A DNA stretch of 62,610 nucleotides, counting the filler, from Choristocarpus tenellus KU-1152 (Eukaryota > Protista > Phaeophyceae): NCBI GenBank assembly GCA_964200185.2. It is 13 parts of 13 records of this genome, joined end to end, with 100 filler letters (N's around TTAATTAATTAA, not from the genome) between each part and the next. Parts side by side here need not be neighbours in the genome. Positions count along the whole stretch, not along the records: positions 44,179 to 51,552 come from CAXNAD020006249.1; positions 51,653 to 55,016 come from CAXNAD020020523.1; positions 55,117 to 58,876 come from CAXNAD020018095.1; positions 58,977 to 62,610 come from CAXNAD020018833.1; 9 more parts are not named here. One strand, given 5' to 3'. Under the pieces are notes generated by a model. It worked only from the letters and a program-made list of their open reading frames with translations. It did not search any database and was not told the DNA's origin. Made by a program: the position numbers and the translations under genes. The first letter of the stretch is position 1. Each line of letters begins with the position of its first letter. Shown piece after piece: positions 50,010-62,610 of the stretch.

Positions 50010-51140
50010 ACCTTGAGGGCCGGACATGGGCTCACGGCTTCATGTTTGTCAGTGTTGACACCGCACAGGATGACGCCTTTGTCCAGGACACACTGTGGAA
50101 TCTGATTAATGACCACTTCAAGCCCTTGGCCAGACAAAATAGGTAGGAAGTCAAATCTTCTTCGCATCTTCTCAGAAGAAGGATGTGGGGGTCAGTTCAA
50201 AAACCGAAGCCAGATGAACTTGGTGGGATAGGCATACCGAAAGCTTCACAACACAGTGATGTACAACTTCTTTACCCCCTGCCACAGCAAGGCTTGTCTG
50301 ATCCGATGTGAGCTGTGTCCGAGAGTACCACCCAAGAATTAAGGTTCGAGGTGTATGTATGCTGGGAATTATGTCTGTAGTCAACACCATGAAGAAGACT
50401 CAGGACTGGTGAGTACCGTAATGTATACCCCTCAGAAGATGCGGACACAAGATTACGGAAGGTACCTGCTGTACCCACTGGGAAGACCATCCTTTGCAAG
50501 GGTGAGTATCTTTGTGGGGACCTAGTGATATTATTTTGTGTTGGTGTGAGTGGCCCCGTAGATTTGTTCAAGAAGTCCAATTCTTTTTTTAAAATACGTA
50601 CAAATATACACAACCTTGAGGTCGGACTTATCTTCCATTTCCTTTCTAACCTAATGGTTTCTGAAAAAGCATTCCTCTCTACATCCTGTGTGCAAACATT
50701 CCACAGTAATTAACCCGAATTGCCTCAGAACATATTCCATTTTCTATCAGTTGTGCGGGAAACCACATAAATATTATTTACACTGACCTGGCAGGGACTG
50801 CTGCTATGCCTTCATCACATTTGGATCCATCTCGCCCTCCACGGGTCTGGATTGACAGGGACTGCATGCATGGAGCTCGGGTAAATTTGGAGGCCACCCT
50901 CCTCCTGAGGAACACCATTTGATTGCAGGAGACAGACTAGATCGGCAAAGATCAAGTAATCCCCAATCACATGGCGGGACGGCACGATCCACATGTTTCC
51001 CCTGTTGCACAACTTCAACTCCTTCCACTGGTTCTGTGTTCAGGACAAGGATGAAACTGACTCGACTTGTGTTATATTTTCTGAAAAGTCTTGCCACTGC
51101 AGCAAAGTGTACGGGGGGGATGATGATACACTTGTGCAAG
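50010..51140 (+). pseudogene. Decayed Sola2-type DDD transposase
   Basis: Motifs in order: GFMFVSVDTAQDDAFVQ; after a frameshift, LRIFSEEGCGGQFKNR (cf. FSDGCAGQYKN); MYNFFTPCHSK (cf. FFxxxHGK); and a C-terminal LHNFNSFHWF...FSEKSCHCSK. Confidence 0.72.
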
Positions 51141-51451
51141 TAAGTCCATGATCCAGTAGATGACGCCTCTTCAACAGATTAACCTCAGGTTGTCATCGTG
51201 GGCTCCTTCGTCTGATAGGGTCTCTGGAGTCGGGTCTAACAGAAGGAGATCAGGACAGATGTTGAGACTACAATGTGGGAGACAAGATCGAGGCTTGGGG
51301 CACCAGGAAGCTCACCTTACAGTTTATTTGTAAAGGGAGAGAAAATTATGGCGGTTGTGGAGGACTTCAGGTTGGTAAAACTGACGTAGGAGAAAAAATG
51401 AGCCAAATGTTCTGTTGGAACGCTTGTTCAAGATGAGACATACACAAATTG

Positions 51452-51492
<41 letters not shown>

Positions 51493-52089
51493 GTTTTATT
51501 ATTATGCCCTCTAACATTTTGCAGATGTGTCAGGGGAAACCAATGAAAACTANNNNNNNNNNNNNNNNNNNNNNNNNNNNNNNNNNNNNNNNNNNNTTAA
51601 TTAATTAANNNNNNNNNNNNNNNNNNNNNNNNNNNNNNNNNNNNNNNNNNNNCACACGTTCAGTCATCGGAGTAGAGACCACAAAGGCCCTTGTAATATT
51701 AACCTTGTTCATCTATACTAAGCTGTTCTTTGTCCTTCTCTACAGACACCAAGCAATCTCGCCGGGTTTATCACCTTTACCCTCTTTGATGATTTTGGGG
51801 ATACTTTAACATGAATTACCTTGTCACGACTTTTCAGGTTATAAGAGAGGTTTCGGCGTTTTCCTGCCAATTCTCTCTTATATCGAGCAAATTCGCATTT
51901 TTTTTTACTAGTTGAGTAAGGGATTTCACAAACAGCCATGTCTAAAGTTAAGCAAAATATAACAAAGGCACAAAGCTGCTTGAGACCAGCAGTACACACC
52001 ATAGCAGTTTCTTGTCTTTCAGTATTTTACAGTATAGTACATACAGTTTATCACATCATCAAGTTTAGGCGACTGCATTGTACAGATGT

Positions 52090-53190
52090 AATGATGCCCT
52101 GCGCAGCTGGATCCAACTACAACATACAGGGTAATATTCCTGGTCCGCCACACTATACATGTCATAAGTGTCACGTTTGTAGCGGCTACCTTCATGGCAA
52201 TTGTAGTATCCTGGATCCTTTTGGGGCCAGCGAAATGAAAAAACATGTGCAAATTGTGCGTGAGCCCTACCAAGCACAAGGCTTCGAGACCTCCAGCCAG
52301 CGACAACACAATGTCGAAGCACCACGATAGGAAGAACAAGGGCAAGAGGAAGGTGGTGCCAAATAAATCTACAGAGAAAGTCGCATTCTACAAGCCTCAC
52401 AGTGCTGACAATGGTAAACGCCTGAGCATTGCAGAGAAGGTGGAAGCGTTGACACTCCTGAAGAACATGACGGGAACTGCAGTTGCTGAAAAGGTTGGAA
52501 TCGGTCACAGCACCCTCTACAAGTTAAGGGAGGCGACAACCATCATGGAGAAAGGGCGGACGCCGAAGCCTGACACCGAGTCTACAAGGGGTGCCAAACA
52601 TGTTGAGGTGCATCAGTGCGTGGATTCAAAGTCTGAAAGTAAGTTGTTTATGATCGTGATTGAAATGTCTTTCTGCATTGTCTACTGATTAGGATCATGA
52701 TTGATTTTTTTTTAATTTTGTTTCTGTCGTACTGTAATTGTCCGTACTGTATACAGTAGTATCACGGGTGGACATTTTGCTCATAGAGGTATGTCCCACA
52801 AGGTGTCCCTATATATTAATGAAGATCTCTCCGATGCTCTTGACGACGCTCTGCACCTCAAGCCTAGTGGAAAACAGTCTCAGGCTTCCATCAACTTAGT
52901 GAGAGCGTGGACCGGTGTGGAAGACAACGATGAAGTGGCCAATGCGATACTAGAGGACACGAAAGACCAGCTGTTCGAGGAATCCTTGTACCAGTCAGAC
53001 AATGACAGCTCGGGTCACAAGGATGGCAGTGGGTTTAAGGGAGGGGGCAGCGCATCGGAGACCGTGAGGAAAGGAGCAGCCTCTTCAGTGTTCTCGATTA
53101 CTCCACCGCTGTACTCTCAAGTAGCTGAGGATTTTGCAAGCTCAGAAACAACCGCCGAAGAGTGCAGCATGAACGATGCTTCGTACTAAT
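52090..53190 (+). pseudogene. Internally deleted pogo/Tigger-like transposase (CENP-B-type HTH) preceded by a Cys/His finger
   Basis: GKRLSIAEKVEALTLLKNMTGTAVAEKVGIGHSTLYKL...RGAKHVEV, with upstream CAAG...HKCHVCSGYLHGNC. No DDE core is visible. Confidence 0.7.
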
Positions 53191-54945
53191 ATATCCCCTG
53201 AGAACAAAGCTGACTTAAATCGGCGCAATCACAGCAAGGGCAATCAAACCAGCGGACATCCCCGATTTTTTTGGCAGTCACGATTTTTTTATCAGCAAAT
53301 ATGTTGTTTTACTCGGTGCTTATGATGGAGGGTCCATGGCTGTGCAGCTGCATTTGCTCCACGGTGGCGTTTTGATACAGTCTGCATAATATATCCTTGT
53401 AGAGTGCAATTGAATACGTAGGGCAGGGCATCGAACAGAGATTGGCTTTGAACGTTGATTTGATACGTCTGTCCAGTTATCCAATGGCTTACGGATGCTT
53501 TTCTTGGGAAGGTGTACTATACATATGAGTGAATACATCGTATTGAGTGTAATTTACGAAAGTTACAGTACTATGTACATATGACACTGATATACTGTGG
53601 ACCCAAGTAATCTGGTAAAAATATAAACAGATCTCCACAGAGATAGTAGTATGCAACATAATATATGTATCATTGAAAACATCATAGCCTCATCCCTGAT
53701 CCTGACCCTAACCCTTACCTTAGTCCCCAAGAATGTTGTTACAGGGTGCACTCCCATGTGTGCAAATATTAAGAATTTCCGATGGATTATAGGCGGTCTA
53801 AGGAACCTTCAACACTTGACCGATATTTTGGTCAGGTCTGAGGGGCTTAATATGGCATAATAATGTGTTTCTTGGCAGTTTGGACAAATCCGAGTGGGTT
53901 AATCAAAAACGTGTAACACATACATATATATTATTATTTCCCCTGACATGTTCTGGGGATTTTCACGTAAGAATTTTCCGACGGATTAAAGGCGATCTAA
54001 AGATCATTCAACAAATGGAGATTAGAGAAAGTAAATATCATGTACAGAATACAATGAACCACAGAGAGGACAACAATATATATCATGACCACCATTTTTT
54101 TGCGAAACAATGGGCCAGAAAGCAACCAAAACCAGCAGTTCAAAATGTGCAGATTAGACTGTTGTTTTTGTCATTTTATGGAAGAAGAGAGAAGAAGAGA
54201 TAGGTTTACACGATTCCCCTTTGCTGAAAGTGATGATATGGTTGAAAAGAAGAGTGACATTATTATAGACGGTGGAGCTTGGATTAGCACCTGTTTTGCT
54301 TCTAGAAGGAATCACTAACCCTGAACACTTGCAACGCTTCTAGAATGCATCATCGATATATTAAAAAACGCCTCGAACATGTAAACATCAAAACCCAGAA
54401 GCGATTCTCTATAAATGTCCTGTTAAGATATGAACCATATTTCTGAATGCTTTTGGTTACATTACTAAGTTGTGCATTTCAACTTTATGTCTACATCCCT
54501 TGTTCTTCCGTTGAACCCTGTCCCTGTCTGTATTGCGCTTCAGTTATCCTGGTTGAAAAGCTTGGCGCATGTAAGGCTCGTCGCCCAAAGGTGCTGGTTG
54601 AGTTACATGGTAAAACATACACTAAATTATTAATTTTTTGTAAGGTGTCCAACACTGGCTCATCATACCGTTTGCACGTTATGACTCGTATTGTACCAAA
54701 CCAAATATAAACGTACATGCCTATGGTATATGCTTGTATCAGCACATACAATGTAAGGATAACACTGGGTTATTCTACATCCTCCCCTTGCTGAAAACAA
54801 GTATTTACTCTCAAACAATCACACCAACAGAACGAAAAACCCCCTAAACACATGTTACGTTACATGTTCATTAACAACTTCACATGCTATCCAAAAACTC
54901 GTATTGGCAAGTTCTTGGTCAAAATATTTGCCCTCTGGTTGGCAG

Positions 54946-55016
54946 TGGTCAAAGGTATCTGGGGGGGTGGGGGGGTGGTTTGTGAGGGGGCGTCCGGTTC
55001 GGTCAAACAATTTTTT
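54946..55016 (+). mobile_element. TIR family B end (diverged)
   Basis: GGTCAAAGGTATCT-G-rich run to the contig end. Confidence 0.6.
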
Positions 55017-55116
55017 NNNNNNNNNNNNNNNNNNNNNNNNNNNNNNNNNNNNNNNNNNNNTTAATTAATTAANNNNNNNNNNNNNNNNNNNNNNNNNNNN
55101 NNNNNNNNNNNNNNNN

Positions 55117-55190
55117 AGTGCACTTTTCCTGGTTATGGTCCAAATGGACCCCCTGGTGTAGGCCCCCCCCCCCCCAAGATAATTTGGGTC
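55117..55190 (-). mobile_element. TIR family B end (long-spacer type)
   Basis: CCAAATGGACCCCCTGGTGTAGG-C(n)-AAGATAATTTGGGTC, nearly identical to 23378-23434. Confidence 0.8.
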
Positions 55191-56278
55191 TCTTCTTGTG
55201 TAAGGAATGGCATGCCACCACGGACTGGATTGCTTAAGAGTTACGTGAGCAACGCACCTTTGGGTATACAGACGTTTGCAGAGTTTTAGATTCTGCACAT
55301 GTGGTGCAAGCAAATTGTGGGATAGTACTCTTGTCTAGCTCCTACCGCCTATGATCCTATGGCTACGGCAGCTGTTGTTTTGAGCAGAAGTGAAATGAGG
55401 GGTACGCAGGTTTTGGCTGTTTTGCACTTAAAGCCAGTTTTCTATCTTTCGCGATTCACCTATATATGTGTGTGTGTGGACGACTTGTTAAGTTTAAATT
55501 GAGACTGCTGATTTCTCTGTTGTTTGAAGCTTTTCTACACAGTTCAGAAAACTTCCTATAAGCATTCGTAAAAAAAGCTGAATTTTGCACACATTTTTCA
55601 GCATCCTCAAAATGCAACTCTGGGTACTTCTCGCTTACTTCAACTTGGTGTTGATTCCCTTTGGTTCCTATGCTACTTGCAATTACTGCATTTTTCTAGT
55701 AGGTGCTATTCCTCTCCTTTGCATTATGTACTTCAGAGTGTGTACCGTCGAAGTATACAAAACTTTCACTCAAGTAGTAAAGAAAATCGAAAATTTGGTA
55801 ATTTTTGCGTAATGTATGCATGTATATATCTTTGTGAGTGAACATGCCCAGAGAATCTGTGTCTAGTGCAGGTTCTCATGTGAATAAGGTGCGGGAGGCC
55901 GGGAATCATGAGAGACAAAGGAGGGCGCAATTGGCAATGCTCCAGGGGAGTATTTCCCACTGCTGTTGGTGGCAAAAAGCATTGTCCAGTCAGCACGCAA
56001 TATCCTGCACTTGTGTGTGTAGTACCATTTCCCATATATTAGGAAATGCGGAGTCACAATATATTCGTGACTAAAAGTGAGCCATTCATCTACGGGAGTT
56101 ATATGGGGGTGTGGATAAGTCTAAATCACTGCGGAAAATACACTAGGAGTGATGGTTTGGTGATGTTTTGTAGTCTTGGTAGAGAGTCAATATGTCACAG
56201 GTGATGGGTCTTAATGGCGGTTTCACAAACGCTATTATGACCTTAAAGTAGTCAGATTTTGTATATTTGTCTATATAT

Positions 56279-56541
56279 GAGTCAAAATATCTGAGAGGGT
56301 AGAGCCGCGTCCGTTTGAGGGGCAATATCCAATGTTGCAATTTGGATGTAATTTTGACTATCGTGTTTGTTAGAAGATGTCAATAATATCCTTGTTCCGG
56401 ATATACCGTTTCATAACGTAAACATTTTAAATACTCCAATGGATTTTGGAGTAGGAAAAATGTCATTAAAAAAAATGTGGGAAGCCAAGCTCCAAATGGA
56501 CAAACAGGGAAAAACTCGCACCCTCTAAGATACTTTCACTC
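56279..56541 (+). mobile_element. MITE family A copy
   Basis: Both TIRs; TSD ATAT at 56275-56278 and 56542-56545. Confidence 0.94.
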
Positions 56542-57499
56542 ATATTTTGAAGTCATTGTAAGGCTGTAAATAGGTCCAACTTGTTTGTTCAGTCCTTTTT
56601 ATATTCCTCAATCAAAACAATAGAGGGCAAAATCAAAGTGAGAGATCCAGCATATTTGGAGATATTTACATTGAGGCGTCCTCTATGAGACTTATCTTCA
56701 CCCTACAGGCTTGTGAATTGGAGCTACATATCCCATCATGATAAGCTTGCGGAGTGTATTGTAACATGGAGGTCCTATCGAGATAGAAAAGGTTAGCAAA
56801 GCTCGTTGAGCCCACAACAAATAGCCATGGAACATACCGAACATAATCAATATACCAAGTGGGATGATGTCTGAGGAGTTGACTAGCCCCAATGCGCTAG
56901 GATGCAGGATGAAGCCCCATCAGTCGTCAAAGTGCAATTGAACGGAACATACCTAGTGCCACAAAGGATTGACTACTGCTAGGCAAGTAATAACCATGGC
57001 AGCAGACATCGTTGTGTTTGAGGTTGAGCTGTATGAGTAAAAACATCCAGAAATTCCTCTGGTGTACGGAAATTATGAGATGTGTTGGAGGTTGTTGGGG
57101 GTTATTCGTTGTGGCAATTCCCATTTCCGATTGGGGTTACAAAAACGTATACGAGACGTATCCAGGTATTGGCCGTTTTGCATTTTAAGGGACTGCTGTT
57201 CATCTTTTGCAATTCGCCCTTATATGTATGGATAAAGAGCTAAAATCGACTTGTGACTGTTGATTTCTCTACAGTTTGGAAAATCTTGACAGACTTCAGA
57301 AAAGTCCCCCTACACATTTGAACAAAAAGTCCAATTTTGTGCAAAATTATTAGTATCCTTAAACTGCTACTCTGGGTATCTCTACCTTACTTCGGCTCTA
57401 CACAAAGGATGTGTCACTACATTTTTTTCTTAATATTTCGGTCTTAAAACTGCGTGTCTTGACGTCATGCATGCATGACGTGATCACACCTTTGTGATC

Positions 57500-57830
57500 A
57501 CATTGTTGTGGTGGTCAATTTTTGTTATTGTTTTTGCTTTTGTTGTCGTTTGGCCAATGAAAAGGCCTCAACGCCTATCATGTTTGCCCCCAACCTTTTT
57601 TTAAGTGGAGAACAAAATGTGCGAGACCTGTGCTAATAATGTGTTAGTAAATCAGAAGTCACAAACACAAGTGTCAGAACCGACAAAGACAAAGCAAAGA
57701 TGGAAAGGACCAAGCAGGTGGGTCCTGAGGTGCTACTCGTGCATCTTGGATGCGTTCTACATATAATGTACTTAACCATCCATGCAGGTGTGGAGGCGCG
57801 CTAGTTGTTCTCTCTTTCGAGTTATTCCTG
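57500..57830 (+). repeat. Dispersed repeat G (inverted homolog at ~60205-60520)
   Basis: Both copies share TTTGGCCAATGAAA ... AATGTGTTxGTAAATCAGAA ... GTCCTGAGGTGCTACTCG ... TGTACTTAACCATC. Confidence 0.75.
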
Positions 57831-58976
57831 TAAAAACACATCCGTGTCAAAGGCCGTACCCAGCCTCAAACCAGTCTCTGTGCACTTGCCATCATCCATC
57901 CACACATGCCTGCATTTTATCTCGCAATTGGCCGATGATGACAGAACTTGTTCTGTCAGGTGTTCCAAATTTGTCAAGCACAGCCCACAGGAGATACAAA
58001 CAATAGACTCATATCTCATATACTTTATGTAGATCAATAGAACACACGAATAATCTTGTTTCTCCCACAACGTTCGAGCTCCACCTTCAAATATCACAAT
58101 TTGTTTTTAGGCATTGTTGGTGTCTCACAGCGGTGACGATTTTTTCGTGGCTTCAGGACGGACCTAGGCCTCGCTGTTCTCACCAGTTACCCTCTTTCGT
58201 CTTTCATCCTCAACACGAAGCATTGCAGGGGCAATAACCTTAGACCCTCCTTTTTCTTTCTCCATCGTCACAGTAGCCTTCATCATCGTGAAGGTTTGCT
58301 GGACTTTGTCCTCCGTCCTTGCTTTCACTTCCCTTATTTCGATCTCCACCTCGACTCATTGTTACGTGACGATGGTTTCAGAGCGTCAGTAGTAGCCTGT
58401 TTTTGCTTCAAGGACAGCAAACACAATTTTGGCAGAAACCTGCTCGGTGATCCTTCTCGCATCCTGAACCATGTGTGCTTTACCTATGCTGGTGATGCCC
58501 TGGTTGTTGTTTTTTTTCTGAACTGCCTCCTAGTCGCCCATACACCTTCGTGGAGTTGCTCATTCTCAATACAACTTTTCTCAGCAGCGACAATGACGAT
58601 TGAGGTGCGGTTTGCCGTAAGAGAAAGCTTAGAAACCCCATTTATAATGTTTCGAAACCCGCTCTAACACATCTCCCTTTAACAGTGGATTTTAAAAATT
58701 GAGGATGGAGCGTACTATTGAGGATGGTTTTGACCGAAAATGGTTCGGAAAAAGTATCGATATGTTTTTTTTGTAAATGTTGCGGCACTTATATAAGGGC
58801 CCCTTTTTGAATGGGAATCCGTGCTGAAGGTGGTAGTAGTACAGTGTGTGGAGGGCGGCAATGATTTCGTTTGATCNNNNNNNNNNNNNNNNNNNNNNNN
58901 NNNNNNNNNNNNNNNNNNNNTTAATTAATTAANNNNNNNNNNNNNNNNNNNNNNNNNNNNNNNNNNNNNNNNNNNN

Positions 58977-59016
58977 CAAAATGAACAGCCGCCACCCCCC
59001 CCAGATACTTTTAGCC
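58977..59016 (-). mobile_element. TIR family B end (short-spacer type)
   Basis: CAAAATGAACAGCCGCCA-C8-AGATACTTTTAGCC at the contig start. Confidence 0.75.
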
Positions 59017-59940
59017 ACTATCTGGGGTGGATCATCGCTTCGCAACAGCCAACTCCCCCTGGACTAATGGGATAGGGGAGAGAATGATGCTTGAGGTGAT
59101 CAGGATACTGAAGGCAATGCTAAGCGAGGGGAAATATCCGGTCAGCTACTGGGTAAATTATTTGCCTGCTGTGCAGTGGATGCTGAACACAGAGTATCGG
59201 GAACGTACAACACTACGCCATACCACATTATGTATGGTTGGGAACTACATACTGCTCTATCAACTGTGAGTAGCTCGCAGGAGGGGATATGATCGCCTGT
59301 ACCATTGAATCAAGAGCAGATGCAGACCTTGAATGGGGAGCTACAGGTAGCCCAGGAACAGCTGCACAAGGGGTCCTGGGGCGGGTCCAGCACAATTGCA
59401 CACGGCAATGCAGGGCAGCTAGTCAGAGTGTAATGCTAAGCTTTGCCGTAGGGGACTTTGTAATGGTGGCATGAGTACATAAGAAGGGCAGCACACCCAA
59501 GCTGGTAAGCACATGGACTGGGCCATGGCGTGTGGTGAGTGAAAGTATATTAGAGGGTACGAGTTTTGCCCTGTTTGTCCATTTGGGGCTTGGCTTCTTC
59601 TCATGTTTTTTTATGGCATTTTCCTACTCCAAAATGTTTCGGAGTAGGTAAAATGTGTATGTTATGAAAAGGTGTGTCCGGAACATGGATATTGACACTT
59701 CCTAACATACACAATGGGCAAAATTAGATCAAAATCACAACATTGGATTTTGACCCCCAAATGGACGCGGCTCTACCCTTAAGATACTTTGGCTCTGGTG
59801 GTCATGGGACAACCACATGTTTATGAGGTGCAGAATATCATCTACTGCGACGTGCAACAGGTACATGTGTCGAGGTTGCGGTTCTATGCAGACAAGGAGC
59901 TGAACGTAACTACGGAGATGAAGCAAACATTCCATTACAT
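59017..59940 (+). mobile_element. Ty3/Gypsy integrase remnant
   Basis: ANSPWTNGIGERMMLEV...WVNYLPAVQWMLN; FAVGDFVMVA; KLVSTWTGPWRV [MITE] ..HVYEVQNI...VHVSRLRFYAD (GPY/F-type motif). Confidence 0.88.
59537..59795 (-). mobile_element. MITE family A copy inserted in the Gypsy integrase
   Basis: Both TIRs; TSD TGGT at 59533-59536 and 59796-59799. Confidence 0.95.
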
Positions 59941-61043
59941 GCAGAACCCCAGTTCCCGTGGCTGAACTGTCCATAGGCCACATTGACAATGGAGGAAGAA
60001 AACGGGTCAAAGGCTATTGCAACTGCAATGCTTGGCGAGGAAGGATGAGAGATGAAGAGGGTAGCTGGGGAGCACTGCAAGGCTGAGGTCTGTGCTAAGG
60101 TCCAGAAAAACTCATCAACGCTGGGAGAACCAGCGGTGTGTAAGGAAGAGATAGCCACGCTTAAAGTTGGACCTCGAAAGTTGAGGGAGAAAGAAGACCA
60201 GGAAGAACTCAAAAGAGAGAAGAACAAGTGCATCTCCACACCTACACAGATGGTTAAGTACAATATGTGTAGAACACATATGACATACGCGAGTAGCACC
60301 TCAGGACTCATGTGGTTGCTGTTCTCATCTATACTTTTGTCCTTTTTTGGTTCTCACAATTGTGTTTATAGTTTCTGATTTACCAACACATTAGCATACA
60401 TCTTGCGCATTTTTTTATCTCTTTTTCCAAAAAGTAGGGGACAATGATGAGGGTTTTCGGGCAATTTCATTGGCCAAATGGGAAAAAAACACAAAAAACA
60501 CAATAAGCAGACAATCACAGAAAAGTGCTTACAACGGCAATATACGACTTTCATTCCCAGACCTAAACGTATTTTATATTTTAACTTTCACTCGTCAAGG
60601 TTCAAATGTGTCAATATCAAATTTGTGGATAAAAGAATTTCCACGCATCTATGTCTCCACGTATTATTATGTGTTATTTATGATTTCAAAACAAGAAAGT
60701 CCAGAGATGATTTGAAAGAGTACCATCTATTATTATTTACTGGAACATAGCTTAACTACATATATATACACATTTTTTACTGTTAGATTAGTTTGTAGTA
60801 TTACTGGATTGCTGAAATCTTAACCTTGATTGTGTTTACTTGGTTAACCATACTCCCACAACAAAAACACATAAACTCTGCTAGGGCCTTCGCTACATCT
60901 AGCTCTTGACTCCCAGGGTCCAACCACCTGCTTTATCCTATATATGCACGAAACTCAGACCACTGCTCCCAACCTGTCTCATAGCACTTCCGAGTGGAAG
61001 GTGCGATCGATCCTCCGGCGTACAGGACTGCAAGACAATCAAC

Positions 61044-61301
61044 GTGTCAAAGCATTAAAGATGGTAGGGTCATGTCCGTTATGGAACATAAATCCAATGT
61101 TCCGATTTGGATGTGTTTTGGCTAATGTTTTTGTTAGCAAGTGTCAATACCCTTGATTCGGACACACCTTTCATATTCGTATACATTTTAGGTAACTATG
61201 TTTACACAGAACACGAAAAAAGGGCATAAATAAACTGCGGGAAGCCAAGCCCTGAACGGACAAACAGGGCAAAGCTCCTATCCTCTTCAATACTCTGGGT
61301 C
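61044..61301 (+). mobile_element. MITE family A, diverged subfamily copy inside the DIRS-like element
   Basis: GTGTCAAAGCATTAAAGATGGTA ... CCTATCCTCTTCAATACTCTGGGTC; flanks CAAC/AAAC. Confidence 0.85.
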
Positions 61302-61524
61302 AAACGCATCATCTCTCCTTCCCGACCCAGGGACTGCTCCTGCCAATTGACACATGGACAAAAGTGTTGGATGTTAGACTGAATCTTATCCCTATCTCAT
61401 CTTGATATTCTATCTCTCAGATCATTCGCCTTTCCAGGAATTTCCTGCTGCAAACGACCTAATTCCAACGCTCCCATCACCCTCATCAAGCCTCCTGCGC
61501 TCCTATCCCTTTCCCTCCTATACT

Positions 61525-61784
61525 GAGTCAAAGTATCCTAGAGGGTAGAGCTGTGTCCGTTTGGGGGTCACAATCCAATGTCACGATATTTTGATGTATT
61601 TCTGGCTATCGTGTTTCTTAGGAACTGCCAATATCCTTGTTCCAGACACACCTTTTCTTAATGTATACATCTTACCTACTCTGAAATATTTTGGAGTAGG
61701 AAAATGGCATAAGAACCCCGAGGGAAGCCAAGTCCCAAAAGGACAAACAGGGAAAAATTCGTACCCTCTAAGATATTTTCAGTC
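61525..61784 (+). mobile_element. MITE family A copy inside the DIRS RNase H region
   Basis: Both TIRs; TSD TACT at 61521-61524 and 61785-61788. Confidence 0.95.
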
Positions 61785-62610
61785 TACTTACTGAACCAAT
61801 GCACTGCTGATTTGTTGTCCCCTCTTAACAGCACTGGGTCTCCTTTCTTCTTTGCCCTACCTCCTCACTTCACTACGAGTACCACGCATTCACTACCATC
61901 CCCTACAGCTCCAGTACGTCGATTGATACACCCCCTCCCTCCCCTTGTACTACATTTTGTGTAATGTCCTTCCTCTTACACTCCATGTAATCATACCTCC
62001 ACCACGTGCCCATTTCTATATATTATCCCTCTACTGCTGTAAAGCACGTGTCTGAGAACCAAAGTTGTCACTGGTGGTCTCACCACAAAGCCCAGAAAGG
62101 GTGAACTAAAGCTTTTCCCTTTTTCTTCCAACCCCCACTCTACCACCCACCTCCACCAATACAAGTCTTCCCTGAATTCCCTACCTATCCTGACTTGTTT
62201 ACTTCCTGCCCACACTTCTGCACTCTGTTTTCTCTGACCCCTACCTTGTGTTATCCTGCCCAGCCAGCTCGCATCCTGGTGTAACCCCAACAGATACACC
62301 AGTCACCAAAGGAAAAATCGGGTAGGTTGGATAAAATAAGACGTGTGAAACGATTTTCCATCAGTACCCACATATCCATACCCTTGCTACCGGCCTCGAC
62401 TCTGGCCACTCGTCTAACAATCCGTTCAATCTCCTAAAAAAATATTCTGGCAACGCAATTGTCATGGCCTTTGTATCAATCTTCCACCCTACTACTATCT
62501 GTGTGGTATGCCACTCTGTCAGCTTTTTAGCTGACAAGATGGGGGGTTCCCCTACCTTCCTAGAGCCTAGCCGTTGTATATGCCCAGTTATTAAAGAATT
62601 TGTTGCCAGC

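Larger units (their letters stand above)
60780..62610 (-). mobile_element. Decayed DIRS/Ngaro-like tyrosine-recombinase retrotransposon (RT end, RNase H, YR N-terminal domain)
   Basis: Motifs in order: VVGWKIDTKAMTIALP; FREDLYWW; SDTCFTAVEG..GTWWRYD; PVLLRGDNKSAVHW; IPGKANDLRDRISR; then TRKCYETGWEQWSEFR...LAEFMCFCC...NQVNTIKVKISAI (recombinase core-binding domain). Confidence 0.8.

Noticed and set aside
1-62610. tRNA/rRNA genes or a prokaryotic operon/defence system
   Set aside because: None recognised. The only bacterial-type DNA is the ~750-bp fragmentary insert.

Overview
This is eukaryotic draft-assembly sequence, not prokaryotic. It consists of 13 unrelated contigs joined by 12 artificial 100-nt linkers (44 N + TTAATTAATTAA + 44 N). 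Long spliceosomal introns and a signal peptide followed by an 'AFAP' plastid-targeting motif point to a photosynthetic stramenopile, probably a brown alga (inference). Four host genes can be partly rebuilt: a PsbP-like thylakoid-lumen protein, a NOL7-like nucleolar protein, a large IQ/C2-like protein and a PLAC8-family protein. Most of the rest is decayed transposons (mariner, pogo, CRE-like LINE, Gypsy, DIRS-like, gag-like). These are overlaid by at least 13 copies of a ~256-bp MITE with 4-bp TSDs and GAG...CTC ends, and two relics of a Sola2-type DDD transposase are also present. Three observations stand out. (1) An AT-rich ~750-bp mosaic of Rickettsiales-like bacterial DNA (TPR fragment, mnmE 3' end, ankyrin fragment) lies inside a host-repeat-bearing contig. 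(2) The MITE ends are bipartite and asymmetric, with an inner GTCCATTTGG motif at +31 on one end and +41 on the other (one helical turn), and a second TIR family shares this. (3) There is an intron-containing ParB/Srx-domain pseudogene. All family assignments come from remembered motifs, not database searches.
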